DNA from: Octopus bimaculoides
Taxonomy: Eukaryota
Length of the DNA stretch: 64,000 nt
Direction of reading: 5' to 3'
NCBI RefSeq assembly: GCF_001194135.2
Contig: NC_068982.1
Location: 190,048,280-190,112,279 of the forward strand
The notes beneath the pieces are model-generated. The model was not told the DNA's origin and did no database searches. It saw nothing but the letters and a program-made list of their open reading frames with translations. A program made the translations under genes and the position numbers. Positions within the stretch are counted from its first letter, which is position 1. Each line of letters starts with the position of its first letter. Positions 40,010 to 51,854 of the stretch are shown piece after piece.

Positions 40010-41227
40010 ACTTTTCTGCCAACCAAGCAATTTAACTTTTCTCCCGAGTCCAAAACAGGAATTTGACAAATTGTTAAACAAGGGAGGCAACTCTTGCACA
40101 CCAATCTTAGCGTTTGTAAAGATAACACTTCTCAGAAATGAAAATAGAGGAAAAGAATAACTTAGTGGAGCAAGGAACGGCATTTCTTTGTTTTTATGCA
40201 ACAAATGACGACCATTATCAAGACCGGAAGACTGAAGTGTCAGAGTGCTTGGCAAGGCCCGGCTTGAGAACAGAGCGGTACCAAGTCTAGTTACAGGAAT
40301 TAACCTTTCAGCATCTGTTAACATTTTATTTCTCTTAGTAAAAACAAAAAGGGGGGGGGGGATGTATGAAACGTTAGACTTCTCCCTTTTTATTTCCTGA
40401 CACCAACCATATTACACAGATTAAAATGTGGATTATTATTTACCAAAAAATATCGTTAGATTCCTGATTCTTCTGTGGTCTGCCATTTACAGAAATACAA
40501 GCAGTTTGCTTGTCTGTTGCTGTCCAGGATAGCCATTGAGTTAACTACCCCCTGGGCTCCCAACTATTACAGGCTTATACAACAGACCCAAAAGTCCTCC
40601 CCACCCCCCTATAAAAGCTTCACCTGGGACAGGCCACATTCCTTGTCCCCCTTCTCCATTATTCTGCTACAGATACTCAAGGACCATGTGGCAGCATTAA
40701 TCCAGCCAACATGGATTACATCAGCAATGCAAGTCAGCATCATTGTTTTAACATCCATTTTTCCAATGCTTGCTTTGGTCAAATGGAACTCATTGAGACA
40801 TTTTTCTACAGCCAACCCTCACCTGTTTCCAAACCAAATAATATTCCCCCATGGCTGGACTTGTTTCGAACAAGAGACTGCAAATGAAGAACAAAGCTTA
40901 AATGATGAGGACAATCGTTTACAACTCTCGCTTGATGCTAAGACAAGGAGACAAATGCAAAAATACTTAAACAATGAATATCTTTGCCATTCTTTCTCCC
41001 AAATCTACTCACAAGATCTTGGTCATCCTGCAACTATAATAGGTGGCAGTTATCCAAGATTTCATGCAGTGAGACTGAACCTGAAACCATGGGTTTGGTA
41101 AGCAAACTTCTTAACCACACAGCCAGAAGCAAACTTAATAGCTAAATCACCCCTGCATTCTGTCAGTTTCCACCCATCCTAATGTTAGATAATTGTACAA
41201 TACAGAGAATGTTTAGCAATCATTTGT

Positions 41228-41430
41228 TAACCCTTTTGTTACCCTATTTCTGTTGAGATGCTCTGGGTCTCTTTCAATTAATTTTAAATATAACAAAGAA
41301 TTTAGTAAAATGACTTAGTTATCATTAAGCTAGTGTTAACATAAATCGGTGGAAGATTTTTATTCAAAACTTATGAAAACAAGACATTTCTACTACAGAG
41401 CCAGTGCTGGTTTCAGAACATTGCTACAAT
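41228..41430. mobile_element. piggyBac-type MITE copy, 3' end degraded
   Basis: Collinear with 44931-45151. Confidence 0.8.
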
Positions 41431-41565
41431 GAAATCTCAAGGTGATGTCTTACAATTTAAGATTAGCATATTAATGTAAACTTTGAGAAATAAGCAGATA
41501 TTCTTTAAGAAACTAGGTGAGAAAAAGGAAAAAGAGATAAAAATAAACAAACTAGAAGCACTGAC

Positions 41566-41633
41566 CTTTGCCGCTTGTTTGTCTTCCAGCTATTGCAATC
41601 ATCCCAACGGTTTTTGGCACAGATATTAACATC
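41566..41633 (-). CDS. HLCS: HLCS coding exon 7 (MLISVPKTVGMIAIAGRQTSGK)
   Basis: Acceptor ttcttttccag|G, donor AAAG|GTCAGT, 68 nt, phase 2-1; IAxRQTxGK biotin-ligase motif. Confidence 0.96.
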
Positions 41634-42705
41634 CTGGAAAAGAACATATATTATAGAGAGAGGGAGAGAGTGGGTGTGTACATGTACATACAATCGATAG
41701 CGTGTGTGTGTGTGTGTGTGTGTGCATGAGGAGGCACGTAGCTTAGTGGTTAGGGTGTTGCACTCATGGTTGTGAGATTGTAGGTTCAATACCAGGATGA
41801 GGTGATGCATTGTGACCTTGAGCAAGACACTTTATTTCATGATGCTCCAGTCCACTTAACTGGCAAAACATGAGTCGTACCAGTAATTCAAAGTGGACCA
41901 GCCTTGTCACATTCTGTGTCATGCTGAATCTCCCTCAGAACTAACTACCTTAAGGGTACATATGTGGAGTACTCAGCCACTTGCATGTTAATGCAAGGGT
42001 ATCCAGCTGTAGAAACCAAACCAAAACAGAGAACTGGGACCTGGTGCAGCCCCTGTCAAACCGTCCAACCCATGCTAGCATGGGACACAGATGTTGAATG
42101 ATCGTGATGTTGCTTTAGTTTCATGCTGGAACCATGTAAGAAGCAATTGTGCTGGCGCCACATAAAGAGCACTCATACTGGCACTATGTAAAAGACACTT
42201 GTGCCAGTTCCATGTAAAATGCACCCAGCACACTCTGGAAAGTGGCTGGCACATTTGGAAGGGCATCCAACCTTAGAAACCATACCAAAACAGACATGGA
42301 GCCTGGTGTGGTCTTGCTAGTTCCTGTCCAACCGTCCAACCCATGCCAGCAGGGAAAACAGATGTCTGATGATGATGATGTAATAAATATAACATTATAT
42401 ACAATATATGTACCTGTGCTGATGACACGTTAGAGGCACCTGGTACATTTTGTGGAGTGGTTGGCATTAGGAAGGGCACCCGGCTGTAGAACCCAATCCA
42501 AAATCAGACTGGAGCCTGGTACAGCTCTCTGGCTCACTAGTTCTAGTCAAACCGTCTAACCCATGCCAACACGGAAAACAGATGCTAAATTATGATGATG
42601 ATGCTATACATGTCTAAAACAAGTTTAATGCTCTCCATCCCAAATGCACCGAAATAAACAATCTGAGAATTTCTCTCGTTAGACATAAAGTGTTGTCATA
42701 CTTAC

Positions 42706-42977
42706 TGATTAAGCAATGGCATGGTCGTGGGAACGACCTCAACAAAGAATATAGCATTGCCCAGCACAGCAGAGTGGAGGTTGTCCCAATACTTTTTGGC
42801 ATTGAAGTATCGGGGATGATATGTGTCATCACTGATCACAACAGGGAGATTAACAGCACTTGCAGCCGAGTTCAGAACTTCTAAATTCCGAACAAAAGTC
42901 AATGAGACTTCTGAAGATTTCAGTGTTCCATCTTTAAGGCGTGATGCAAGACTATCCAGAAGCTGTTTTTCCACAAC
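42706..42977 (-). CDS. HLCS: HLCS coding exon 6 (VVEKQLL...LGNAIFFVEVVPTTMPLLN)
   Basis: Acceptor gtgtttag|GTT, donor CA|GTAAGT, 272 nt, phase 0-2; LGNAIFFVEVVPTTMPLL matches the BPL catalytic-domain entry (human LGKVILFAEVTPTTMRLL). Confidence 0.96.
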
Positions 42978-44567
42978 CTAAACACCGAAGGGAAGAAAAA
43001 AGAAATTTAATAATGGTTTCATATTCAAGCATAAGTCCAGTGAATTTAAAAGGACAAGGGAAATTGATTACATCAACCCCAAAAGGATGAACGATAAAGC
43101 TGACTTCATCAGAAATTGAACCCAGAATGTAAAGCTCAGTGTTTGGTCAATGCATGTTAATGGTTCTGCGAGCTTGTTGCCTTAATTATAATCCTTTCTA
43201 TTATAGGCAGAAGGCCGAAAATTTCAGGGGCAGGGGGCCGAGTTGATTGCATCAACCCCTGTGCTCAACTGGTTCTTAATTTATCAACTGTGAAAGGGTG
43301 AAAGGTAAAGTTGACCCTGGTGGGATTTGACCTCAGGACATAAGGACAGACGAAATACCACTAGGTATTTTGCCNNNNNNNNNNNNNNNNNNNNNNNNNN
43401 NNNNNNNNNNNNNNNNNNNNNNNNNNNNNNNNNNNNNNNNNNNNNNNNNNNNNNNNNNNNNNNNNNNNNNNNNNNNNNNNNNNNNNNNNNNNNTAATAAT
43501 AATAATAATAATAATAATAATCATCATCATCATCGTCGTTTAACGTCTGCTTAAACGACGATGATGATGATTATTATTATTATTATTAAGACGGCAAGCT
43601 GACAGAACCATTAGCATTCCAGGCAAAATACTTTGTGGTATTTCGTCTGTCCTTATGTCCTGAGGTCAAATCCCTTATTATCATTATTTTTTTTTTTTCT
43701 AAATTTTGCCACAAGGGCAGCTTGGGGGAGGTGGGGATGAGTCGATTACATCAACCCCAGGGTTCAACTGGTTCTTATTTTATTGACCCCGAAAGGATGA
43801 AAGGCAAAGTCGCCCTCGGCGGAATTTGAACTCAGAACATAGCGACAGGCAAAATACCGCTAAACATAAAAATAATAATAATATTTGCCACAGGGGCTTC
43901 AGATAGGGGGGTCATTACAAGGACAGTTTATATTTTGTCAGGGAATGTTTACATAAAAAGATGATCCAGTTGGATTCTCAAGCAAGTCTAATCAAAGCTA
44001 TGCACCAGTTAATTACCGTTTATTGGTCACACGTTTCAGTCATTAGACTGTGGCCATGTTGGAGCACCACCTTGAAAATTCTTTAGTCAAATGAATTTTT
44101 TGAGCTTGGCACTTACTCTATCGGTCTCTTTTGCTGAACTGCTAAGTTACAGGGATGTAAACACACCAAGGCCAGTTGTCAGGCAGTGACGGGGGATAAG
44201 GATTTTTTTCAGTGTCCGTCTGGCAAATCCACTCACAAGGCTTTGGTCGGCCCGAGGCTATAGTAGAAGACACTTGCCCAGGGGGCCACGGAGAAGGACT
44301 GAACCCAGAACCATGTGGTTGGGAGACTTTCAAAAAACATTCCTACTAAGTTGAATTTTGACATTCGATCTAACAGGTTTCAGTTGAAGTAAAAACACTC
44401 TGCAGTTTGGATCCCTCCCTGAATTTATTACACTGCACCATGACCTTCTAATGTCACAACAACAACAACAACAATTCTACTCTTTCAGTGAAAAAAGAAA
44501 GAAAGAAAAAGAAGATTAAGAGTTACGTAAGATGAATAAATTAAATGGAATAAATGGCAATTCTTAC

Positions 44568-44714
44568 CTTTGTTTTAGTGAAAAGTTTGGCTGGAGTCAG
44601 CTGAGGAACATCTTGGCTGGAACATTCTAGTTCAAGATGAGTGGACAACAAATGGCAAAGAATTTCATAAAAATCCTCACTCGGTTTACTGCAGTGGTCA
44701 CTGTCAAAGTAGAC
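44568..44714 (-). CDS. HLCS: HLCS coding exon 5 (VYFDSDH...VPQLTPAKLFTKTK)
   Basis: Acceptor ccatttag|GTC, donor AAG|GTAAGA, 147 nt, phase 0-0; LECSSQDVPQLTP resembles human LSCDMKQVPALTP. Too short for the ORF track. Confidence 0.92.
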
Positions 44715-44814
44715 CTAAATGGTAGCAACAGAAATGGGGGAAAAATTTAAATATTAAAAGCTTGAATTTGCATAAGTAAACAATAAATATACAATATATA
44801 TGATAACGATGGTG

Positions 44815-44863
<49 letters not shown>

Positions 44864-44930
44864 TACCGTTCCGTTAAGGTTGGATCAATAAAAAAAGTAC
44901 TCCATCCAGTGAGTGATAAATACCATTTAA

Positions 44931-45151
44931 CCCTTTTGTTACCCTATTTCTGTTGAGATGCTCTGTGTTTCTTTCAATTTCTTTAAATATAACAAAGAAT
45001 TTAGTAAAATAACTTTGTTATCATTAAGCTAGTGTTAGGAACATAAATTGTGACTAAGGTTTGGTGGAAGATTTTAATTCAGAACTTATGAAAACAAGAC
45101 ATTTGTACTACAGAGCCAGAACCAGTTTCAGCCACATTGGTAATGAAAGGG
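44931..45151. mobile_element. piggyBac-type non-autonomous MITE (221 bp), intact copy
   Basis: TTAA at 44927-44930 and 45152-45155; TIRs CCCTTTTGTTACC / GGTAATGAAAGGG. Related copies at ~4912-5137 and ~41228-41430. Confidence 0.85.
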
Positions 45152-46180
45152 TTAATGCACACAGTATTTAAAATATGAGCTACTAATCGTTTTTTGCCAT
45201 TAAAACATGATTAAGCAGGTTTTTATATAACATGCCTTGTAACTCCAAGTAATCTCTGGGTTCTGGGCACATGTCTTGTCCCATTTGAAAATCAGGATGC
45301 TGGTAGATGAGAAGCCACCAGAAAAAACAAATGAGAAGGGTTTTTTTTCCACATTTTGCATCAACCTTCTCATCTAATGACTTAAGATAAAAATAAATAA
45401 AGCTTCCAGTAGTCTTTGGTTAGAGGATGGCATTGAGAAGAGCATTCAGGTGTAGAGGTCATGTCAGGCAGACATTGAAGCATGATGCAGTCTAGTTGGA
45501 ACCTCGTGAAATGTCAAACCCTGCCAGCATGGAAGGTGGACATTAAACAATGATGACGCAAACATAAACACATACGTACGTGTGTATGTAATACTCCAAA
45601 AAAAATGATATTGTATGAGGCATGAAACAAAAATATTGTCCATTCATAGAAACAACTGTCAGTCTGACCTGGCCTTTCCTCATTTGAATCCTGGCTTTTG
45701 TTATTCGCTTTGCTGGGTTTATTATATTAGCCCCACTGGATCTTACCTTGAGGTTGTGCACTGCTACCTTTAGCATCAATCAAAGTCTTACAGATCTTTC
45801 GATTTTCAAAAACTACGCTAGCCAAGATCCAGTGTGATGAGCTACAGAGCAGATGAACAGGATTATAATTATTCCCCTAATCTCTACATATAAAGATCAT
45901 CATTTAATGTCTGTTTTCCATGCTGGCATGGGTTGGACAGTTTGACAGGGGCTGGCAAGCCTGGGAGTTGCACCAGATTCCATTTGTCTGTTTTGGCTTG
46001 GTTCCCATAGTTCGATGCCCTTCCTAATGTCAGCCACCTAACAAAGTGTACTGAGAACTTTTTATGTGGTACCATCACTGGTGCTTTTTATGGGGCACCA
46101 GCACTGGTGCTTACACACACACACACACAAAACATGTAAAAATAATTCAACAAAATTTCAGGTTTTTCTAACCAACTCAC

Positions 46181-46971
46181 CTGAGATAAGACAGCAACTC
46201 CTTGATCAAGGTCTGCTGGAGATTCTAACTTAACAATCAAAGAGTTTTGGCTAGAACTTTCTGATGCTAAAACTGTACAATTAAAATTGGAGGATTTTAA
46301 AGCATTTGAGTAGATGTAACGTCCAGCCATCATTGGAACATTACTCCAATGATGACATGATACATTCACCAAGTCTGCAGAACGACGAACCAATTCTTTG
46401 TCAAGAAACAAAGAATCAATATTGCTTGCCAAACTCATCAGCTTCCCACCTTTCTCAAAATAGCTAAATATCACATGATCGATGTCATCATAGAGTCTTT
46501 CACAAGCAATAACCAACAATATTGTGTTGTCCATCCAGGGCGCTGTGCTAATTTGGTTGTGTTGAAGTTGGTAAACCGCATAGCAATCTGAAGACAAGCA
46601 TTTTTCAAGCATGGTTTTGAAGGATTCAAATTTACGTTTGGAATCTTTTTTGCCACAGTAAACAAGAATGTTTGGTGGTTTTACGGCAGCATTAGCAGGT
46701 CTCTGGAATTCCAAATCCACTTTGGCCTCATCTGCTTCCATCTTTTCATATTTCACATCTCCAGCAGCCATTTCTGAATCACTGTCGAGCAAGAGGTCTT
46801 CATCCGAGTGATTCTCACTGGCACATGGTGACGCTAAGGCTTCATTAGAATGGCAACAGCAAGAATCCTGGTCATCGATGCTGTTCTCACTTCCGATGCT
46901 GTACCGTTTTAAGTTGTCCTTCACGGCAGGAGGAAGGATTAAGTTAGAGCCACACCCTTCTATATTTATGG
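46181..46971 (-). CDS. HLCS: HLCS coding exon 4, large exon with acidic linker and BPL_N-like region (KPPNILVYCG...AVLSQ)
   Basis: Acceptor tttttccctctccag|CC, donor CAG|GTGAGT, 791 nt inside the 338-aa track ORF; KPPNILVY and WMDNTILLVIA match the HLCS N-domain (human APNILLY, WTDNCLLLVIA as recalled). Confidence 0.95.
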
Positions 46972-47039
46972 CTGGAGAGGGAAAAAGAAATAGAAAACAG
47001 TTAACATTAACAAGAACAATAATAAGGGTTTCAAATTTT

Positions 47040-47484
47040 GGCACAAGGCCAGCAATTTGGAGTGGGGGGGCGAGTTGAATACAATGACCCCCACCAGTGC
47101 TCAACTGCTTCTTATTATTGACCCTGAAGGGATGAAAGGCAAACTTTATCTCGACAGAATTCGAACTCAGAACATTAAGACATGAAATGCTGTTAAGGAT
47201 TTTTACCCAGAGAGCTAAGGATTCTGTTGCCTCACAACTTTAATAATAATAATAATAATAATAATAATCTTTTCTGCTGAAGGCACGAAGCCTGAAATTT
47301 TGGGAGAGGGGATGAGTTGATTACATCAATCCCCAGTGTTTCACTGGTATTTAATTTATCAACCCCAAAAGGACGAAAAGCAAAGTCGACTTCGGTGGAA
47401 TTTGAACTCAGAACATAGCGGCAGACAAAATACCACTATGCATTTCATCCAGTGTGCTAAGAATTCTGCCAGCTCGCTGCCTTA

Positions 47485-47528
<44 letters not shown>

Positions 47529-47722
47529 TCTTTTCTACTATAGGCACAAGGCCTGGAATTTTGGAAAAGGGATTAAGTCATTTACATCGACCCCCAGTGT
47601 TTCACTACTACTTAATTTATTGACCTCGAAAGGACAAAAGGCAAAGTCAACCTCGGTGGAATTGAACTCAGAAAGTAGGGACGGGTGAAATACTGCTAAG
47701 CATTTCATCCGGCATGCTAACG
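47040..47722 (-). mobile_element. Three head-to-tail SINE family C copies separated by (AAT)n, in HLCS intron 3
   Basis: Units at ~47040-47240, 47270-47485 and 47530-47722, each with aaagtcgac.tcgg.ggaatt.gaactcagaa. Confidence 0.85.
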
Positions 47723-48130
47723 NNNNNNNNNNNNNNNNNNNNNNNNNNNNNNNNNNNNNNNNNNNNNNNNNNNNNNNNNNNNNNNNNNNNNNNNNNNNNN
47801 NNNNNNNNNNNNNNNNNNNNNNNNNNNNNNNNNNNNNNNNNNNNNNNNNNNNNNNNNNNNNNNNNNNNNNNNNNNNNNNNNNNNNNNNNNNNNNNNNNNN
47901 NNNNNNNNNNNNNNNNNNNNNNNNNNNNNNNNNNNNNNNNNNNNNNNNNNNNNNNNNNNNNNNNNNNNNNNNNNNNNNNNNNNNNNNNNNNNNNNNNNNN
48001 NNNNNNNNNNNNNNNNNNNNNNNNNNNNNNNNNNNNNNTAGGGGGTGCAGTGGATAATAATAGTGGGGAGGTGGGAGTGCGATGGTGGGTTGAAGGGGAA
48101 AGAGACAAAGAAAATAAAGAACCGACTCAC

Positions 48131-48281
48131 ATAAAATTGATTCCACTGTTAATTCTTGGAAGCGTAATTTACCATTTGTTACTGCCAGACCCATATTCAA
48201 GAGGTTACTTGGTGTACAAGACATTAAAATAGAACATGGCATTCCTGCTTTCCAGGCCAAAGTTCTGCCATAATCATGGAT
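48131..48281 (-). CDS. HLCS: HLCS coding exon 3 (IHDYGRTLAWKAGMPC...TVESIL)
   Basis: Acceptor (t)n-ctag|ATC, donor TTAT|GTGAGT, 151 nt, phase 0-1; joins exon 4 as T|CC (Ser). Confidence 0.88.
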
Positions 48282-48778
48282 CTAGAAAAAAAAAAAAAAA
48301 AAGAAAACAAATTGCCACCTGGCATCTTTTATTTGTTCTAGTCATTAGACTGTGGCCATGCTGGGGCACCGCTTTGAAGAATTGTTAGTCAAAGGATCAC
48401 ATTTGATGCCCCTCAGTTACAATGGTGATGGTTCCAACTGATCTGATTAATGGAAGAGTACACTCTTGCAATTAACATACAAATGGCTGAGTACTCCACA
48501 GACAACTGTGTACCCTTAACATAGTTCTCAGGGACATTCAGTGAGACACAGAACATGACAAGGCTGACCCTTTGAAATCGAGGTGCAACTCATTCTTGCT
48601 CAAGGACACAACACACTGCCAGGAATTGAACTCACAACCTTGTGATTGTGAGCCAAATAAATACCCTGATCACTGGAAATGTTCTTTCCTCAAAGTGCAC
48701 AGCAGAAATTAAGGGGCATCAAATGTGGCTCCGTGTCTTTTAGGTCATCGAAAAACAGACTGAGAAAGAAATGTTTAC

Positions 48779-48943
48779 CTGAACACAGTCTTCTTTCACA
48801 GTTTCTTCCAGGTTATCAACGGGGGAAGTTAAATGGGTGATGCCAGCTTCGAGAAGGATAGTCAAAATATCGTGAGGAAATGATTGGATGTCTTCTTTAG
48901 AGACATCTCGATAAAGATGCCAGTCTTTTAAGTTAACTGTCAC
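48779..48943 (-). CDS. HLCS: HLCS coding exon 2 (55 codons, VTVNLKDWHLY...EDCVQ)
   Basis: Acceptor ttttctttttcag|GTG, donor CAG|GTAAAC, 165 nt, phase 0-0, open and in phase with both neighbours. Confidence 0.85.
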
Positions 48944-49997
48944 CTGAAAAAGAAAAAACCCTGTTATCTGATGTGTCCTTCAGTTTTGAAAGATGGATGC
49001 AATTGAGAAAGGTTTGGCTGCTATTTTTAGAAAATTGATCAATCCTATAGTGTTTCTCAGTCATTTTTTACCTGTATACCCTTTTGATTTCAATTTTACT
49101 CAGGTGGACTCTCATAGCCATTCAATCATCATCACCATCATCATCATCATTTAGCATCTGTTTTTCCATGCTGGCATGGGTTGGACAGTTTGACTGGAAC
49201 TGGTAAGCCAGAAAGCAGCACCAGACTCCAGTTTGATTTGGCAGTATGCCCTTCCTAATGCCAACCACTCCTACAGTGTAATGGGTGCTTTTACATACCA
49301 CTGGCACAAGAGTCTGCTATGTGGCACTGGCATCGATACATCTTATATTTCAAAAATATTTGGAATTTATTCTTTTATTCTTTTACTGGTTTAATCTATT
49401 TGACTGTGGCCATGCTGGAACATCACCTTTAGTTGAACAAATTCACCCAGGATTTATTCTTTGTAAGCCTAGTACTTATTCTATTGGGTTTTTTTGCCGA
49501 ACCGCTAAGTTATGAGGACGTAAACACACCAACATTGGTTGTCAAATGATGATGGGGAGACAAACACAGACACACAAATATATACACATATTATATATAT
49601 ACACACACACACACATACCAGTGTCACATAACCAGCCCCAGCCCACTTAAAAGTACCTTGGATCGTAGGGCGACATGCTGTGCTTGAGGAAACCTTTTGA
49701 GTCAAGTACATTAACATCAAATGGAAATTGTAGTTGTGATCCCTGTGCTGGTGGCACATAAAAAGCACCAATTTGATCGAGGTCGTTGCCAGCCTCCTCT
49801 GGCCCCTGTGCTGGTGGCACATAAAAAGCACCCACTACACTCTCGGAGTGGTTGGCATTAGGAAGGGCATCCAGCTGTAGAAACACTGCCAGATCAGATT
49901 GGAGCCTGGTACAGCCTCCTGGCTTCCCAGATCCCAGTTGAACTGTCCAACCCATGCCAGCATGAAAAACGGGCGTTAAACGATGATGATGATGATG

Positions 49998-50030
<33 letters not shown>

Positions 50031-50537
50031 TATATACGACAGGTTTCCCTCAGTTTCCGTCTACCAAATCCACTCACAAGGCTTTGATTGGCCTGAAGCT
50101 ATAGTAGAAAACATTTGCCCAAGGTGCCACACAGTGGGACTGAACCTGGAGCCGTGTGGTTGCAAAGCATGCTTTTTACCACACAGCCACGCCTGCCCCT
50201 ATGTATTGTAGAAGTCTAACCAATTTATTGCAGACAAATATAAACAGCAAAATCTTCTATGGTCCTATGGAACTGGGTTGAGACCCATTGCAGTCAAGGC
50301 ACTGCAACTGACTTATTTCACCTCAGAAGAGTTGGTAATAATGTTGATAGTGCTCAGGGTCATAAAAGAGACGAGGGTCATTGGGTTCACCTGTTTTTGT
50401 TGGGTCAGGTATGGGAATTAGGTAGAGGATAAAAGCGGGAGGGGTTAAGAGGGTTTGTTTTTTAGACATGAATGACCCAACATTAAGTGATACTCGTTCC
50501 CATGTATTTATTAAGTCAAGCAATTTACGTAGGAGTA

Positions 50538-50910
50538 GGAGTGGCTGTGTGGTAAGTAGCTTGCTTATGAACCACATGGTTCCGGGTTCAGTCCCACTGT
50601 GTGGCACCTTGGGCAAGTGTCTTCTACTATAGCCACGGGCCAACCAAAGCCTTGTGAGTGGATTTGGTAGACAGAAACTGAAAGAAGCCCATGTGTGTGT
50701 GTGTATGTTTGTGTGTCTGTGTTTGTCCCCCCAACATCGCTTGACAACTGATGCTGGTGTGTTTACGCCCCCGTAACTTAGCGGTTTGGCAAAAGAGACC
50801 GATAGGATAAGTAGTAGGCTTACAAAGAATAAGTGCTGGGGTTGATTTGCTCGACTAATGGCGGTGCTCTATCATGGCCGCAGTCAAACAACTGAAACAA
50901 GTAAAAGAGT
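50538..50910 (+). mobile_element. SINE family A, full-length copy
   Basis: Collinear with 1037-1413. Confidence 0.9.
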
Positions 50911-51179
50911 AAAAGAGAGAGAGAGATACAAAGGAATTAATTACATAATAAAAGATATATATTTCCTAACAGGGATATTTAAAGCTTTAGTAAGCACACA
51001 AAAGAGAAACAGAAAAGCAAAAAGTAAAAGAGCCAAAAAGAGAAGAAAAAGGGGCATCAAAACTGAAATAAGATCTGTTATAAGGGATGGAATTTTACAG
51101 AGATTCCTATGTAAGAACTAAAATAACCAAAAAAAAATTTGTAAGACTTTAAAATATTTGAGTTTCTTCCCATGACCCA

Positions 51180-51315
51180 TGACTGAGAAACAGTTTTTTT
51201 ATTTTAAGACTCAGAGTTGCTGAGGCATGGAACAGACTTCCTGCATCAGTTGTTAGTTGCCGAGACATTGCATCCTTTAAAATGTCCATGCTTCCAGAAC
51301 TTCGCCAACACTACA
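51180..51315 (+). mobile_element. CR1-type LINE 3' end fragment
   Basis: RVAEAWNRLPASVVSCRDIASFK matches the CR1 RVVxxWNxLPxxVV terminal motif. Confidence 0.7.
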
Positions 51316-51587
51316 CCTGACATCCTCCCTATCCTCCCCTCCATACGCATGCACACATGTCTATCATGACCCATACACTGTTCCCTTTCCTGATTGTTGT
51401 ACATAATTCCATGTACTGTACACTCACCTTTGATGAGTGGTAGTGCACCTGAGCACTATACACAATAATTTCATTATTGTTATTATTATAATTATAGAAT
51501 ACAACCAATAACAAGCTCTGAGATACAGTTAAGACACCCGTAATTCACATCATAACTACCAAATTGCTTATGAAATATTGTACTCAC

Positions 51588-51854
51588 AGCTGGGTGGATG
51601 GAGACGAGATGGAGATGGACATCTTGCACCAATGGAGCAGAAAACCTCGAGTCGAGAACATTTTTTAGAAAGGGCGATAACTGCTGGATGACTGTTAGAG
51701 ACTCAGTTGCTTCCCCTATATGTTTGACTTGCTGGAATAATACACTGGATTTCTTTAACGTCTTGCCGATTTCTCTCAGATACATGTGGCTCCGTCGTCT
51801 GTCGGTACACCAACGAACGATGGCATTTAAATAATAGACGAGACTAAAAATCAT
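51588..51854 (-). CDS. HLCS: HLCS coding exon 1 (89 codons, MIFSLVYYLNAIVRW...SIHPA)
   Basis: ATG in gttgccATGA context at 51854; donor GCT|GTGAGT after 51588, phase 0; strong acceptor (T-rich...ccag) puts the exon start at 51934, giving an 80-nt 5'UTR part. Resembles the recalled N-termini of Drosophila Hcs (MLTLYY...) and the long human HLCS isoform (MLITLCYLY...). Confidence 0.85.

Noticed and set aside
40475-41101. 208-aa plus-strand ORF and the opposite 68-aa ORF (40609-40815)
   Set aside because: No recognisable motif; they overlap a retroposon tail (~40730-40860) and a SINE A relic (~40985-41125). The true HLCS exon 7 is at 41566-41633.
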